Positions 1 to 9,825 of a stretch of DNA of 64,000 bases are shown here, piece after piece. Where the stretch lies: NCBI GenBank assembly GCA_036655355.1, contig JAVVQG010000003.1, positions 206,770-270,769 of the forward strand. Reading direction: 5' to 3'. Within the stretch, counting starts at the first letter, position 1; the number at the start of each line of letters is the position of its first letter. The notes under the pieces were generated by a model. That model searched no databases and was not told the origin of the DNA. It saw nothing but the letters and a program-made list of their open reading frames with translations. This DNA is from Bacteroidales bacterium. GTDB lineage: Bacteria; Bacteroidota; Bacteroidia; Bacteroidales; JAUNSR01. Both the position numbers and the translations under genes were made by a program.

Positions 1-1164
1 CTGGATGTCGATGCGATCCAGAAGCGGTCCCGAGATGCGGTTCAGGTATTTTTTCACCATTCCGCCGGCGCATACGCAATCGCGGGTGGGATGGTTGAAA
101 TAACCGCAAGGGCACGGATTCATGGAAGCCACGAGCATCAGGCCGGAGGGGAAAGTTACGGTAGAGCGAGCCCGTGAGATGCAGATCTGACGGTCTTCAA
201 GGGGTTGGCGCATCACCTCGAGTACCTGACGGGAGAATTCGGGAAGTTCATCGAGGAAAAGCACGCCGTTATGCGCGAGCGATACTTCGCCGGGTGCCGG
301 GTTGCTTCCGCCCCCGATCAAGGCAACGGAGGAGATGGTGTGATGCGGAGCACGAAACGGACGATGCGTAATGAGTCCCGATTCGCTGCGATAACCCGCT
401 ACCGAATGGATCGTAGTGGTTTCTAACGCCTCTTCGAGTGAGAGGGGCGGCAGAATGGAGGGCAGCCGCTTCGCCATCATCGATTTACCCGATCCCGGTG
501 GTCCCACCATGAGTAGGTTGTGGCCCCCGGCGGCAGCTACCTCAAAGGCACGTTTTACGTCTTGCTGCCCTTTCACCTCTTCAAAGTCCAGCTCGTAGTT
601 CTCGCGGGTATTGAAAATCTCCTCGCATACGTCGGTACGCAGCGGAGTAATCTTCTCTTTGCCGTTCAGAAAATTCACCACCTCTTTCAGGTGCGAGGCA
701 GGCAGTACGAGCAGGTTATCCACGATGGCGGCTTCTTTGCCGTTCTCTATCGGTACGATGATTCCTTTAAAACCCGCGTTACGGGCAGCGATGGCAATGG
801 GGAGGGTTCCTTTTACGGGCTTGATGTGACCGTCGAGCGAGAGTTCGCCCACCAGCAGGTAGTGTTCTAAAAGCGATGCGTCGACCAGTTCGGCCGACGA
901 TAAGATGCCGATGGCAATCGGCAAGTCGTAGTGTGCTCCCTCTTTGCGGATGTCTGCGGGAGAGAGGTTGATGATGATCTGTTTGCGTGGAAAGCGAAGG
1001 CCGATCTGTTCTACGGCTGCTTGGATCCGGTCTCTGCTTTCGCGTACCGTAGCATCGGGTAAACCTACCATTAAGATTCGGATTCCTGAAGAGCAGTTCA
1101 CTTCACAGGTTACGATATCCGCGTCGATTCCACGCACGGCCGCGGAGTAGGTTTTAATGAGCAT
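1..1164 (-). CDS. YifB/ComM family Mg-chelatase-like AAA ATPase (3' end truncated by window edge)
   Basis: Not in the ORF track because it runs off the edge. Manual minus-strand translation from ATG at 1164 gives [47 protein letters not shown]...[22 protein letters not shown]...GELSLDG...[29 protein letters not shown]...[20 protein letters not shown]...LRQPLED, the YifB signature. Confidence 0.93.
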   Translation of the reverse strand, partial: MLIKTYSAAVRGIDADIVTCEVNCSSGIRILMVGLPDATVRESRDRIQAAVEQIGLRFPRKQIIINLSPADIRKEGAHYDLPIAIGILSSAELVDASLLEHYLLVGELSLDGHIKPVKGTLPIAIAARNAGFKGIIVPIENGKEAAIVDNLLVLPASHLKEVVNFLNGKEKITPLRTDVCEEIFNTRENYELDFEEVKGQQDVKRAFEVAAAGGHNLLMVGPPGSGKSMMAKRLPSILPPLSLEEALETTTIHSVAGYRSESGLITHRPFRAPHHTISSVALIGGGSNPAPGEVSLAHNGVLFLDELPEFSRQVLEVMRQPLEDRQICISRARSTVTFPSGLMLVASMNPCPCGYFNHPTRDCVCAGGMVKKYLNRISGPLLDRIDIQ

Positions 1165-1273
1165 GGTGCCGGATTTAGAGTTGGTACAATAAAGTAATAA
1201 CACTAAACGCCACGAATAGTTTTCAACAAAACCGTTTTAATTGTTGATAAGTGGAAAGGGGAAACAAAACAAC

Positions 1274-1347
1274 ACGCGCTTGCCGTAGATAAACGTAGAG
1301 AGGAAACTAAGTTACGCGCTTGCCGTAGATAAACGCAGCGGGGAAAC
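1274..1347. repeat. Imperfect direct repeat, two copies with a 40-bp period
   Basis: ACGCGCTTGCCGTAGATAAACG is identical at 1274 and 1314, followed by TAGAGAGGAAAC and CAGCGGGGAAAC respectively. Confidence 0.9.
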
Positions 1348-1358
1348 AACGAACCGAA

Positions 1359-2483
1359 TTATTCAGTAACCGATTTTACCGGTGTCATCTCTTTTTGCAC
1401 ACTTTTTACATCGATCTGCTTTTTACCGCTCTCCCCTTTTTTAGCACTGTTTTTCTTGCGCCCGGTTGCATTTTCCCGAATGAAGTCAGACAATTCGTCG
1501 CCGAACAGATTCTTCCGAACAACCACGACGTTGGTATCGGCGATGATGTTGGAAGGTATGGTGCGGATGCCTAGCTTTTGGACGATGTCGTTGTTGAAAT
1601 TATCCTCCATCAGGATGTTATTTCCCGGAATGTCATACTCCTTTACTTTCGCTTTGAAGATCGAGTCGTTCTTATCGAAGGAGATTGTAAATAGCTCCAG
1701 GGGACGTTCTTTGTATTTAGCGGCGAGTCCTTTCAGTTGTTTCACACGTTGTACGGAGAGGGAATCCCAACTCGCCCAGAAGGTGATTAAAGTGAAAGAA
1801 CCTTTGTTATTCATGATCGGAAACCGTTTCTCATTCTGATCTCGGAACGTGATGAAGGGCATCTTCTGATTCAGCGGCAGTGTTTCAGAAATCTTTTCGA
1901 TGGTGGCGATCTGTTCCAGCAGCAAGGGTGCCTTCGCCGGTTCCTGCAACTTATTCAGCAGGCGCTTGATGCGTTCCGGAGTGAGTGTAAGGGCGTTCAT
2001 CCGGTTTTTGATTACGATGAGTGCTGCCGGGTTATCGGTATGCTTGTTTACAAATTCAGAAACCAGTAGGTTCAGCGCATACCCTACGGAATCTTTGGCG
2101 GTTTGTTTCTCAAAGAGATAGACGGGGGTATTCACCGTATCGCCTGAAATTACGATATCCGGCATGGAATCGGTGACGGCTACGGATACCTCGTCTGTTT
2201 TCTGCAGGTAAAGCGGATACATCTTTGTACGCCCGGCATAATACAGATTCACCTGTACCAACGAATCGGAAGCACCTTGCAACGTAAATCGTCCCCCTTG
2301 CACCCGAATCGTGTCCGTTTTAAACGAAGCACTGTCTGTGATGGTCACGGCATACAGCACACTGTCTGCTTTGGAATCCACGGTACCGTGAATCGCATAA
2401 AAAGAGGGAGCGACGGTTTTCGGCTTGCAAGCCCCTAACAATAAGATGGAAAGGAGAATCAGAGAGAATATGCGAGTCTTCAT
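1359..2483 (-). CDS. Lipoprotein with DUF4369-like N-terminus and TlpA/AhpC-TSA thioredoxin-like C-terminal domain lacking CxxC
   Basis: Lipobox LLLGAC. The segment TLITFWASW...FTISFD...GIRTIPSNII matches the TlpA-fold pattern, but the WCxxC position reads WDSLS. Confidence 0.75.
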   Translation of the reverse strand: MKTRIFSLILLSILLLGACKPKTVAPSFYAIHGTVDSKADSVLYAVTITDSASFKTDTIRVQGGRFTLQGASDSLVQVNLYYAGRTKMYPLYLQKTDEVSVAVTDSMPDIVISGDTVNTPVYLFEKQTAKDSVGYALNLLVSEFVNKHTDNPAALIVIKNRMNALTLTPERIKRLLNKLQEPAKAPLLLEQIATIEKISETLPLNQKMPFITFRDQNEKRFPIMNNKGSFTLITFWASWDSLSVQRVKQLKGLAAKYKERPLELFTISFDKNDSIFKAKVKEYDIPGNNILMEDNFNNDIVQKLGIRTIPSNIIADTNVVVVRKNLFGDELSDFIRENATGRKKNSAKKGESGKKQIDVKSVQKEMTPVKSVTE

Positions 2484-2535
2484 AAAACATCATTTTTAAC
2501 GTGATACAAATGTAATCAAATATTAATTCAAAAAA

Positions 2536-2575
2536 GAGACGCCATACAAAAGGATTTCTCCTTTCATATGGCGTC
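2536..2575 (-). terminator. Intrinsic terminator downstream of metK
   Basis: Stem AGACGCCATA...TATGGCGTCT with an adjacent A-tract on the plus strand (U-tract on minus). Confidence 0.65.
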
Positions 2576-2608
2576 TGCTCTCTCTAATCATTAATGCAAA
2601 TGGCTAAA

Positions 2609-3901
2609 TCAAATGCCAAAAGCATCTTTTATCTTATCAACATAGTCGAGTTTCTCCCATGTGAACAATTCTACTTTTTTCACGATCGTTTCTGCATCGT
2701 ATCTTGATTTGAACGATTTCTCAACCACTTTAGGCGTGCGGCCCATGTGTCCGTAAGAAGCCGTTTCCTTGTAGATCGGGTTGCGTAGTTTCAAGCGCTG
2801 TTCGATCGCTTTTGGACGCATATCGAAGATCTCGTCAACTTTGGCAGCGATTTCAGAGTCGGTCAGGTTCACTTTCGCTTTTCCGTACGTATCGATGAAC
2901 AAGCTCACCGGTTTCGCTACACCGATTGCGTAAGCAACCTGTACGAGAACTTCGTCGGTAACGCCTGCCGCGACAAGGTTTTTCGCGATGTGACGTGCCG
3001 CGTAAGCAGCGGAACGGTCCACCTTGCTCGGATCTTTACCCGAGAATGCACCACCACCGTGAGCGCCTTTACCACCATAGGTATCTACGATGATTTTACG
3101 GCCGGTAAGACCCGTATCGCCATGAGGACCACCGATCACGAATTTACCCGTTGGGTTTACGTGAAGGATCAAGTTGGCGTCAAACAGGGCCTGAACACGT
3201 TCAGGAAGCAATTTGATAACGCGTGGAAGAAGAATGTTTTTCACGTCCTGACGGATCTGTTCCAACATCTCTTCGTCTGCTTTCAACTGCGCTTCTACGC
3301 TCGTGTTGGCAGGAACGATGAAATCGTCATGCTGTGTAGAAACCACGATCGTGTGAACGCGAACGGGTTCGTTATTTTTGTTGTATTCAACGGTAACCTG
3401 CGATTTTGAATCGGGACGAAGGTAAGTCATCTGCTCCCCTTCGCGGCGGATCGCTGCAAGCTCTTCCAACAGGATGTGAGAGAGGTTCAATGCAAGCGGC
3501 ATGTAAGAATCGGTTTCATTCGAAGCGTAACCGAACATCATACCTTGGTCACCGGCACCCTGGTCAAATTCATCCGCACGCTCCACACCGCGGTTGATAT
3601 CAGCCGACTGTTCGTGGATGGCAGAGAATACGCCACAAGCGTCTCCGTCAAATTTGTACTCGCTTTTTGTATAACCGATTTCGTTGATGACACGGCGAGC
3701 CGTATCCATCAGGTCAACATAAGCCGTAGACTTTACTTCACCGGCAAGTACAACCTGACCGGTTGTTACAAGCGTTTCGCAAGCTACTTTAGAGTTTTCG
3801 TCACGTGCCAAAAACTCATCAAGCAAAGCATCCGATATCTGATCGGCTACTTTATCCGGGTGTCCTTCCGACACCGATTCTGAGGTGAATAAATAATTCA
3901 T
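2609..3901 (-). CDS. metK: Methionine adenosyltransferase
   Basis: Motifs [19 protein letters not shown] and [16 protein letters not shown]. Confidence 0.99.
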   Translation of the reverse strand: MNYLFTSESVSEGHPDKVADQISDALLDEFLARDENSKVACETLVTTGQVVLAGEVKSTAYVDLMDTARRVINEIGYTKSEYKFDGDACGVFSAIHEQSADINRGVERADEFDQGAGDQGMMFGYASNETDSYMPLALNLSHILLEELAAIRREGEQMTYLRPDSKSQVTVEYNKNNEPVRVHTIVVSTQHDDFIVPANTSVEAQLKADEEMLEQIRQDVKNILLPRVIKLLPERVQALFDANLILHVNPTGKFVIGGPHGDTGLTGRKIIVDTYGGKGAHGGGAFSGKDPSKVDRSAAYAARHIAKNLVAAGVTDEVLVQVAYAIGVAKPVSLFIDTYGKAKVNLTDSEIAAKVDEIFDMRPKAIEQRLKLRNPIYKETASYGHMGRTPKVVEKSFKSRYDAETIVKKVELFTWEKLDYVDKIKDAFGI

Positions 3902-4087
3902 ACCAATAGAGTTAAAAAGTTCAGAAAATCAAACGCACCAACGGGCGAAGATCTCTTATAAATCAGATTTTAAACGTATTGGAAGAACAGGTAGTGCGTC
4001 TGATCTGTATCAGCGGAGCATTCGAAAATCTCCCGCAATAACCTAATAGGGTGGGTTTGGCTCTAAAAAGAGGAAGTGCAGTACTTT

Positions 4088-4138
4088 GATCTTTAGCATT
4101 TTTTCGAGTGGTTGCAAGCGGCCAAATCCGTCCACATT
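4088..4138 (-). ncRNA. SAM-II (SAM-alpha-like) riboswitch aptamer upstream of metK
   Basis: Minus strand reads AAUGUGGACGGAUUUGGCCGCUUGCAACCACUCGAAAAAAUGCUAAAGAUC. It has a P1 GUGG/CCAC stem and the conserved GAUUU, CCG-UUGCAA and GCUAAA blocks of SAM-II. It lies just downstream of a TAnnTTTG promoter element and upstream of metK. Confidence 0.85.
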
Positions 4139-4152
4139 CTTTTCATACGCTG

Positions 4153-4160
4153 CAAAAGTA
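4153..4160 (-). promoter_or_regulatory. Bacteroidota sigma-A -7 element (TACTTTTG) for the metK leader
   Basis: Matches TAnnTTTG about 15 nt upstream of the riboswitch. Confidence 0.7.
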
Positions 4161-4180
4161 AAGAAAAAATCAAAACCATC

Positions 4181-4711
4181 TTATCTTTCAATAAGTTTTG
4201 TGATTTCCGCTAAACTTTTTAAAAGTACGGGGTGTATCTTTTCCGGTTCTATTTCGGAAAGGGGATCCATCACGAAGGTGCGTTTGTGCATGAGGGGATG
4301 GGGAATGACGAGGTTTTCGACGTTCATCACCACCGGTTTTCCGGGGCCCGTCAGTGGGGCGTCGGGAGTGTTTAAATCTGTTTCGTCCGCGTCGATCTGA
4401 TCGATCAGTAAGAGGTCGATATCAATGATTCGGTCGGCATAGGAGCCGTTCGATTTGGCGGTTCGTCCGATTTCCCGTTCAATCTCCTGCGTAAGCTTTA
4501 ACATTTCAAGCGGAGTGAAAGTGGTGATCAGTGCGATGCAGCCATTTACGAATTCGTTTTCCGACTCGAATCCCCAAGGTTCGGTATGATAAAAAGAGGA
4601 GCGGGAAATCACCTTTCCCGCTCGCTCATTTAATATATCGATCGCCTGTTCCAGGTTCAAGGTGGGATTCCCCAGGTTTGAACCGAGACTAAGGTAAATC
4701 TTGTAAACCAT
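4181..4711 (-). CDS. folK: 2-amino-4-hydroxy-6-hydroxymethyldihydropteridine diphosphokinase
   Basis: Motifs YLSLGSNLG, TEPWG...FVN, DRIIDIDLL and IPHP...RTFV..PL.EI. Confidence 0.95.
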   Translation of the reverse strand: MVYKIYLSLGSNLGNPTLNLEQAIDILNERAGKVISRSSFYHTEPWGFESENEFVNGCIALITTFTPLEMLKLTQEIEREIGRTAKSNGSYADRIIDIDLLLIDQIDADETDLNTPDAPLTGPGKPVVMNVENLVIPHPLMHKRTFVMDPLSEIEPEKIHPVLLKSLAEITKLIER

Positions 4712-4721
4712 TTACTTAAAA

Positions 4722-5777
4722 TCAGATGATCAACATTGCATCGCCGTAAGCGCCGAATCGGTAACCCTCTTTGATTGCGATCTGATACGCTTTCATCACC
4801 AAGTCATAATCTCCGAAAGCAGCCGTCATCATCAACATGGTTGACATCGGCAGGTGGAAATTCGTTACCAGGCTGTCGGCAACGGAGAACTCGTAAGGAG
4901 GGAAGATGAACTTGTTCGTCCAACCCGAATACGGTTTCAGATGCCCGTCGGTGCTCACCGTACTTTCAATGGCGCGCATCACAGATGTACCAACGGCACA
5001 GATGCGTCTTTTCTCGTCTTTCGCCTCGTTTACCAGTTTCACGATTTCCGGACCCACGTACATCTGTTCGGAATCCATTTTGTGTTTGGTAAGGTCTTCC
5101 ACGTCGATTTCACGGAAGTTTCCAAGACCTGAATGCAACGTCAGGAAGCCGTATTCGATCCCTTTGATCTCCATACGTTTCATCAGTTCGCGGCTGAAAT
5201 GCAGTCCGGCAGCAGGAGCCACCACGGCACCTTCGTTTTTGGCGAAGATGTTCTGGTAACGCTCTTCATCTTCCGGTTCGGCTTCGCGTTTCTCCTTCAT
5301 ATAAGGAGGAATCGGCGTTTTGCCCAGTGCATAAAGCGCATTTTTGAACTCCTCGTGCGTACCGTCATACAAGAAGCGTAGGGTACGGCCGCGGGAAGTG
5401 GTATTATCGATTACCTCGGCAACCATTGAATCGTCGTCACCGAAATACAATTTGTTACCGATACGGATTTTACGGGCAGGATCAACCAACACATCCCAAA
5501 GGCGGTGTTCTTCATTCAGTTCGCGAAGAAGGGTAACCTGAATCTTTGCGCCGGTTTTCTCTTTATTTCCTTCCAGATGTGCAGGGAAAACCTTGGTATC
5601 GTTGAATACGAATACGTCTTTATCGTCGAAGTATTCCAGGATATCTTTGAATACGCGATGCTCGATTTCGCCGGTAGCTCTGTGAATCACCATCATGCGT
5701 GATTCATCGCGATTTTTAACCGGGTGCAGCGCAATCAGCTCCTCAGGCAATTTAAATTTGAATTGCGATAATTTCAT
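4722..5777 (-). CDS. queA: S-adenosylmethionine:tRNA ribosyltransferase-isomerase
   Basis: Motifs [46 protein letters not shown] and [12 protein letters not shown]. Confidence 0.97.
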   Translation of the reverse strand: MKLSQFKFKLPEELIALHPVKNRDESRMMVIHRATGEIEHRVFKDILEYFDDKDVFVFNDTKVFPAHLEGNKEKTGAKIQVTLLRELNEEHRLWDVLVDPARKIRIGNKLYFGDDDSMVAEVIDNTTSRGRTLRFLYDGTHEEFKNALYALGKTPIPPYMKEKREAEPEDEERYQNIFAKNEGAVVAPAAGLHFSRELMKRMEIKGIEYGFLTLHSGLGNFREIDVEDLTKHKMDSEQMYVGPEIVKLVNEAKDEKRRICAVGTSVMRAIESTVSTDGHLKPYSGWTNKFIFPPYEFSVADSLVTNFHLPMSTMLMMTAAFGDYDLVMKAYQIAIKEGYRFGAYGDAMLII

Positions 5778-5868
5778 TTATATATAATTTATTTTTTACA
5801 TTAAAGTATAAATGCGCCATCTATATGCCTTCTATTGGGTAGCTCAACTTTAAGTGAGCTATGGCGAT
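5778..5868 (-). promoter_or_regulatory. Candidate structured cis-regulatory leader, copy A (upstream of queA)
   Basis: 59-nt core is 49/59 identical, ungapped, to 60868-60926. Stems CGCCAU/AUGGCG and AGCUCA/UGAGCU; similarity continues to the start codon. Confidence 0.7.
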
Positions 5869-5917
5869 TACATATGTATCTCTATTTATTTTTTTTAAAC
5901 AAGGTTGAATGCGTCAT

Positions 5918-6604
5918 TTACATGACACTATCCAGGAATTCATCGATCTTGTCTGCATCCTGACATTGTGCCAGGGTTACATCTCCGATTCGGGTACGGA
6001 TCAATCCGGTCAAGTGGGCTCCGCTGCCAAGCGCTTCACCAATGTCGCGAGCCAAGGCGCGGATATAAGTTCCTTTGCTACAAACCACGCGGATGGTGAT
6101 TTCCGGGAGGTCGTAACTGAGCAATTCTATCTCATCTATAACAAGCTCTTTGGCCTTTAGTTCAACTTCTTCTCCCTTGCGAGCCAGCTCATAAGCGCGC
6201 TTGCCGTCAACCTTCACCGCCGAATAGATGGGAGGGACCTGCCAGATGCTGCCTATGAATTTTTTCAGTGTGTCTTCCACCAGCTCACGGTTGATGTGGG
6301 CGGTTTCAAACGTTTTGTCAACCTCTGTTTCCTGATCGAAAGAGGGGGTGGTTTCGCCCAATCGCAGGGTAGCCACATACTCTTTGGTCTGATATTGGAA
6401 ACTCTCAATCTGTTTGGTGGCTTTTCCGGTGCAGATGATCATCACGCCCGAAGCGAGGGGATCAAGGGTACCGGCATGTCCGACCTTAAACTTTTTCACG
6501 TTCAACCGTCTGCTTAGTCGGTTGCGGATCTGTTTTACCAGGTAAAACGAAGTCCAGTGAAGCGGTTTATTAAAATATAAAACTTCTCCTTCTATAAAAT
6601 CCAT
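5918..6604 (-). CDS. truB: tRNA pseudouridine(55) synthase
   Basis: Motifs KVGHAGTLDPLASG, PPIYSAVKVDGKRAYELAR and CSKGTYIRAL. ATG at 6604 preferred over TTG at 6610. Confidence 0.98.
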   Translation of the reverse strand: MDFIEGEVLYFNKPLHWTSFYLVKQIRNRLSRRLNVKKFKVGHAGTLDPLASGVMIICTGKATKQIESFQYQTKEYVATLRLGETTPSFDQETEVDKTFETAHINRELVEDTLKKFIGSIWQVPPIYSAVKVDGKRAYELARKGEEVELKAKELVIDEIELLSYDLPEITIRVVCSKGTYIRALARDIGEALGSGAHLTGLIRTRIGDVTLAQCQDADKIDEFLDSVM

Positions 6605-6636
6605 CTTCAATAATTGATTAAATGCAGCCTATACGC

Positions 6637-7440
6637 TTAACCTAAAAACGTATATAGCAACGCGATCGTTCCCACGATTGCACAATAAATGGCGAAATAA
6701 ACGAGTTTGCCGTTTTTCACCAATTTCAGCATCCATTTACAGGCGATTGTACCGGAAATGAAAGCCGCAAGGAATCCCACTACGAGCGAAACCGTCGGAA
6801 TGGAGGTTCCTTCGGAAGCGGGTGCCGATAATCCTTTGATCAGGTCCAGCAGCGCTTCGCCCAAGATCGGAGGGATTACCATCAGGAACGAAAACTTCGC
6901 CACCTGTTCTTTTTTATCGCCTAAAAGAAGTCCCGTACCAATCGTCGAGCCCGAACGGGATAGTCCCGGAAGCACCGCTACCGCCTGTGCCAGACCGATG
7001 ATAAAGGCATCTTTGTAAGTTATGTTCTCTTTCTGACGGGGTTTGGCATAATAGGCGAACGACAGCAAAGCCGCGGTCACCCAAAGGCAGATCCCCACAA
7101 CCAGCAGGCCGTCGCCGAAAAGCGCCTCCACCTGATCCTTGAAGAATACGCCCACAATCCCTACGGGAATCATGGAGATCACGATTTTCGTGACATACTT
7201 CGTTTCTTCGTTCCACTTAAAGCTGAAAAATCCTTTGAAAAGAATCTCCACCTCTTTCCATAAAACCACGATCGTACTCAATACGGTTGCCGCATGAACG
7301 ACTACCGCAAACGTTAGGTTTTCTTCTCCTTGCACTCCTAAAATAGCACTTGCGATCTCTAAATGTCCGCTACTACTGATGGGAAGGTACTCAGCCAATC
7401 CTTGTACCACACCCATGATCAACGCTTCAATCCAATTCAT
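6637..7440 (-). CDS. uppP: Undecaprenyl-diphosphate phosphatase (BacA)
   Basis: Motifs [17 protein letters not shown] and [13 protein letters not shown]; polytopic membrane protein. Confidence 0.97.
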   Translation of the reverse strand: MNWIEALIMGVVQGLAEYLPISSSGHLEIASAILGVQGEENLTFAVVVHAATVLSTIVVLWKEVEILFKGFFSFKWNEETKYVTKIVISMIPVGIVGVFFKDQVEALFGDGLLVVGICLWVTAALLSFAYYAKPRQKENITYKDAFIIGLAQAVAVLPGLSRSGSTIGTGLLLGDKKEQVAKFSFLMVIPPILGEALLDLIKGLSAPASEGTSIPTVSLVVGFLAAFISGTIACKWMLKLVKNGKLVYFAIYCAIVGTIALLYTFLG

Positions 7441-7442
7441 TC

Positions 7443-7700
7443 TTATTCGTTAATGGTGTTAGTTTCTGCGGCTTGTTTGTTTTTGTCTTTCACGAGAATA
7501 CCTACGATCATCAGGATATAGCCGACCCAGCAAAGGTTCGGGCCGATCACGATTCTTCTGAAGCTGAAGATTGAAGGGTCAAACGTTTCCATCGTGGAGC
7601 TGCTTCCTCCCATCAGGATAAACCCGATCATGATAATCGCAAAGGCGATTCCCATGATGATAAAGTTGGTTTTACCCAACGCAAAATTCTTTTTTTCCAT
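7443..7700 (-). CDS. Small two-TM membrane protein (DUF3098-like)
   Basis: FALGKTNF...IGFILMGG...[15 protein letters not shown]; typical position between ftsX and uppP; ATG at 7700 chosen. Confidence 0.8.
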   Translation of the reverse strand: MEKKNFALGKTNFIIMGIAFAIIMIGFILMGGSSSTMETFDPSIFSFRRIVIGPNLCWVGYILMIVGILVKDKNKQAAETNTINE

Positions 7701-7722
7701 ATAGTTTAAAATGATATTAAGC

Positions 7723-8604
7723 TTACACAAGGTACATATCGTCTGATTTCATCCGGATGTAGCGGTTCGCGGCAAAGAACGAGGCGATTCCCGTAATGAG
7801 GATGCCCAATCCCAGGATGATGGCGAAGACGATGCCCAGCAACTCGGGGGTGATCAGCGCACCGAATCCCAGAAACTCACTCATCAGGTAGCGGATGAGT
7901 CCGGTCAGCATCGCCATCGCCAAGAGTGAAGCGACGATGCCGCTCAGGATATTCGAGAGCAGGAACGGTCTGCGGATGAATGCCGGAGTGGCTCCCACCA
8001 GACGCATGGTATTGATTAGAAAGCGTTTAGAATAAACACTTAGGCGTACCGTATTGTTTATCAGCGTAAAAGAAATCGTCATTAGGATGACGGCGAGTCC
8101 CAAAAGTACCATCCCCGCACGGCGCATGTTGTCATTGACCAGTTGCACGACATCTTTCCGGTAGTTGAATTCCTGAATTCCGGAAGAGAGGGCGCGGATG
8201 CTCTGTTCGATCTGTACGATGCTGTCGTTGTTGGCATAGGGGGAATGGAGTTTCACCTCGAATGAGGCCTGCAAAGGGTTGAATCCCAGAAACTCCTCGG
8301 GATTTTCGCCCAACTCGGCCGAGAGCTCTTTGAGCGCATCCTCTTTGCTGATGTATTGTACGTTTTTGACGAATTCTGCTTTGGCAAACGTTCGTTGCAG
8401 TTTCTGCACTTCCTCTTTTTTGATGTTATCCTGAAGTACTACCGAGAATCCGATGTTCTCTTTCACCATCACGGACACTTCGTTGGCCAGTACGGCAAGA
8501 AATGCGATGAGTCCGAGGACGAAAAGTACCAGTGAGATGCTGATGGTGGAGGTTAACCGGGCATTGATAAACTTTCCGCGGGTTTTTGCAGGCTGTTTGC
8601 TCAT
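7723..8604 (-). CDS. ftsX: Cell division permease-like protein FtsX
   Basis: Motifs YISKEDAL, NPLQAS, LINNTVRLSVYSKRFLINTMRLVGATPAFIRRPF; four TM segments. Confidence 0.93.
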   Translation of the reverse strand: MSKQPAKTRGKFINARLTSTISISLVLFVLGLIAFLAVLANEVSVMVKENIGFSVVLQDNIKKEEVQKLQRTFAKAEFVKNVQYISKEDALKELSAELGENPEEFLGFNPLQASFEVKLHSPYANNDSIVQIEQSIRALSSGIQEFNYRKDVVQLVNDNMRRAGMVLLGLAVILMTISFTLINNTVRLSVYSKRFLINTMRLVGATPAFIRRPFLLSNILSGIVASLLAMAMLTGLIRYLMSEFLGFGALITPELLGIVFAIILGLGILITGIASFFAANRYIRMKSDDMYLV

Positions 8605-8673
8605 TTCTTTAATCTTATCTTTAATCCTAAATAGGGTCTTAATGGAAGCCGTACGTCGTAACGTCGGGTTTCT

Positions 8674-9567
8674 TTATCTCTTTTTCAAAACATAGATAAT
8701 CGAACTGCTTTGTACCGGATCGGGAAGCGCCTTAGCCAAAGCCAGGGTACCGCGCATCATTCCCCGGAGGAAAGGCAGGTTGTTACCTTTGTATTTTTCG
8801 CTCAGCATCGATACGTAGAACGCATCGAAAGGCATCGGGGCGAATTTCTCGATACGGAATCCTTCGCGGGCAGCCAATCGACCGAACATATCGGGCGAAA
8901 AGTGCCAAAGGTGACGTGGTACGTCGAACGCTCCCCAATACGCTTGGTAATGATTCGCATCGTAAGAGGCGCTGTTGGGAAGGGCGATGACCAACGTGCC
9001 GTTTTCCGCAAGCAATTGCCGCAAGCGGGCGAATGTGCCGGAGAGGTCCTGCAGGTGTTCCAACACATGCCAAAGGGTGATCACATTGAATTTTCCGTTT
9101 TCCCGAACCTCTTTCAGGTCCGAAAGCACGTTCAGTCCGAAATGTTCGGCAGCGGCCTTCGCAGCGCCCCGGTTCTTTTCCACGCCCAGTGTTTGCCAGC
9201 CACGGGAGTGCATGGTGTTCAGAAAATATCCCGTTCCGCAGCCGATGTCCAGTATTCTACCTTTCCGCACGCCGCTCACCTGTTCCACCATCCGCGCCTT
9301 TTTCCGCAACATGTAGGAACGAACCAGGTGATACACTTTGTTCATAGCTCCCTTGCGGGTGTCGGAGTGGGAAACGTAATCCGATGATTCGTAGTATTTT
9401 CCGATCTCACTTTCGTCCGGAAAGTCTTGCGTGAAAAGGAATCCGCAATGTTCACATCGAACGATTTTATACGTTTCGCCCGTCGCATAATGATCGGTGC
9501 AATTCAGAAAAGGGCTTGTTGCGCTTTGTTGACAGACCGGACAATCATTCAAATGTATTTTTTGCAT
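8674..9567 (-). CDS. Class I SAM-dependent methyltransferase with N-terminal Cys4 motif
   Basis: CPVC...CEHC, LDIGCGTG, ITLWHVLEHL and DVPRHLWHF. Confidence 0.88.
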   Translation of the reverse strand: MQKIHLNDCPVCQQSATSPFLNCTDHYATGETYKIVRCEHCGFLFTQDFPDESEIGKYYESSDYVSHSDTRKGAMNKVYHLVRSYMLRKKARMVEQVSGVRKGRILDIGCGTGYFLNTMHSRGWQTLGVEKNRGAAKAAAEHFGLNVLSDLKEVRENGKFNVITLWHVLEHLQDLSGTFARLRQLLAENGTLVIALPNSASYDANHYQAYWGAFDVPRHLWHFSPDMFGRLAAREGFRIEKFAPMPFDAFYVSMLSEKYKGNNLPFLRGMMRGTLALAKALPDPVQSSSIIYVLKKR

Positions 9568-9761
9568 AACAGACTCTTTTCCGTGATGAATAAGACAGAG
9601 GTTTTAACAAAAAACTTCAGGATGTAAAAGCTCCTTTTTAATAAAAAATAAAGGGTGCAGTTTTATCCTTAAGTTGTTGCAAAAGAACAAATATTTTAGG
9701 AGATAACACCGTTAAAAAAAGTTATCTATTTATTTAGTTGTAAAGGAGCTACGTTGTTCTT

Positions 9762-9798
9762 AAAACAAAAGAGGATACGCCTTGCGGCATATCCTCTT
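9762..9798 (-). terminator. Intrinsic terminator downstream of miaB
   Basis: AAGAGGATA...TATCCTCTT stem with an A-rich flank on the plus strand. Confidence 0.65.
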
Positions 9799-9825
9799 GT
9801 ATATCGATAAAGAGAAAGCGGAAAA

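Noticed and set aside
174-1150. Six short plus-strand ORFs in the track
   Set aside because: They are antisense shadows of the minus-strand yifB-family gene that the track missed because it runs off the window edge.
1220-1250. Two DnaA-box-like 9-mers (TTTTCAACA, TGTTGATAA)
   Set aside because: Both are mismatched and there are only two, with no cluster or unwinding element, so oriC cannot be called.
2536-2575. CGCCAT/ATGGCG stem resembling P1 of the shared leader motif
   Set aside because: It lacks the AGCTCA/TGAGCT stem and sits after metK with a U-tract, so it is better explained as a terminator.
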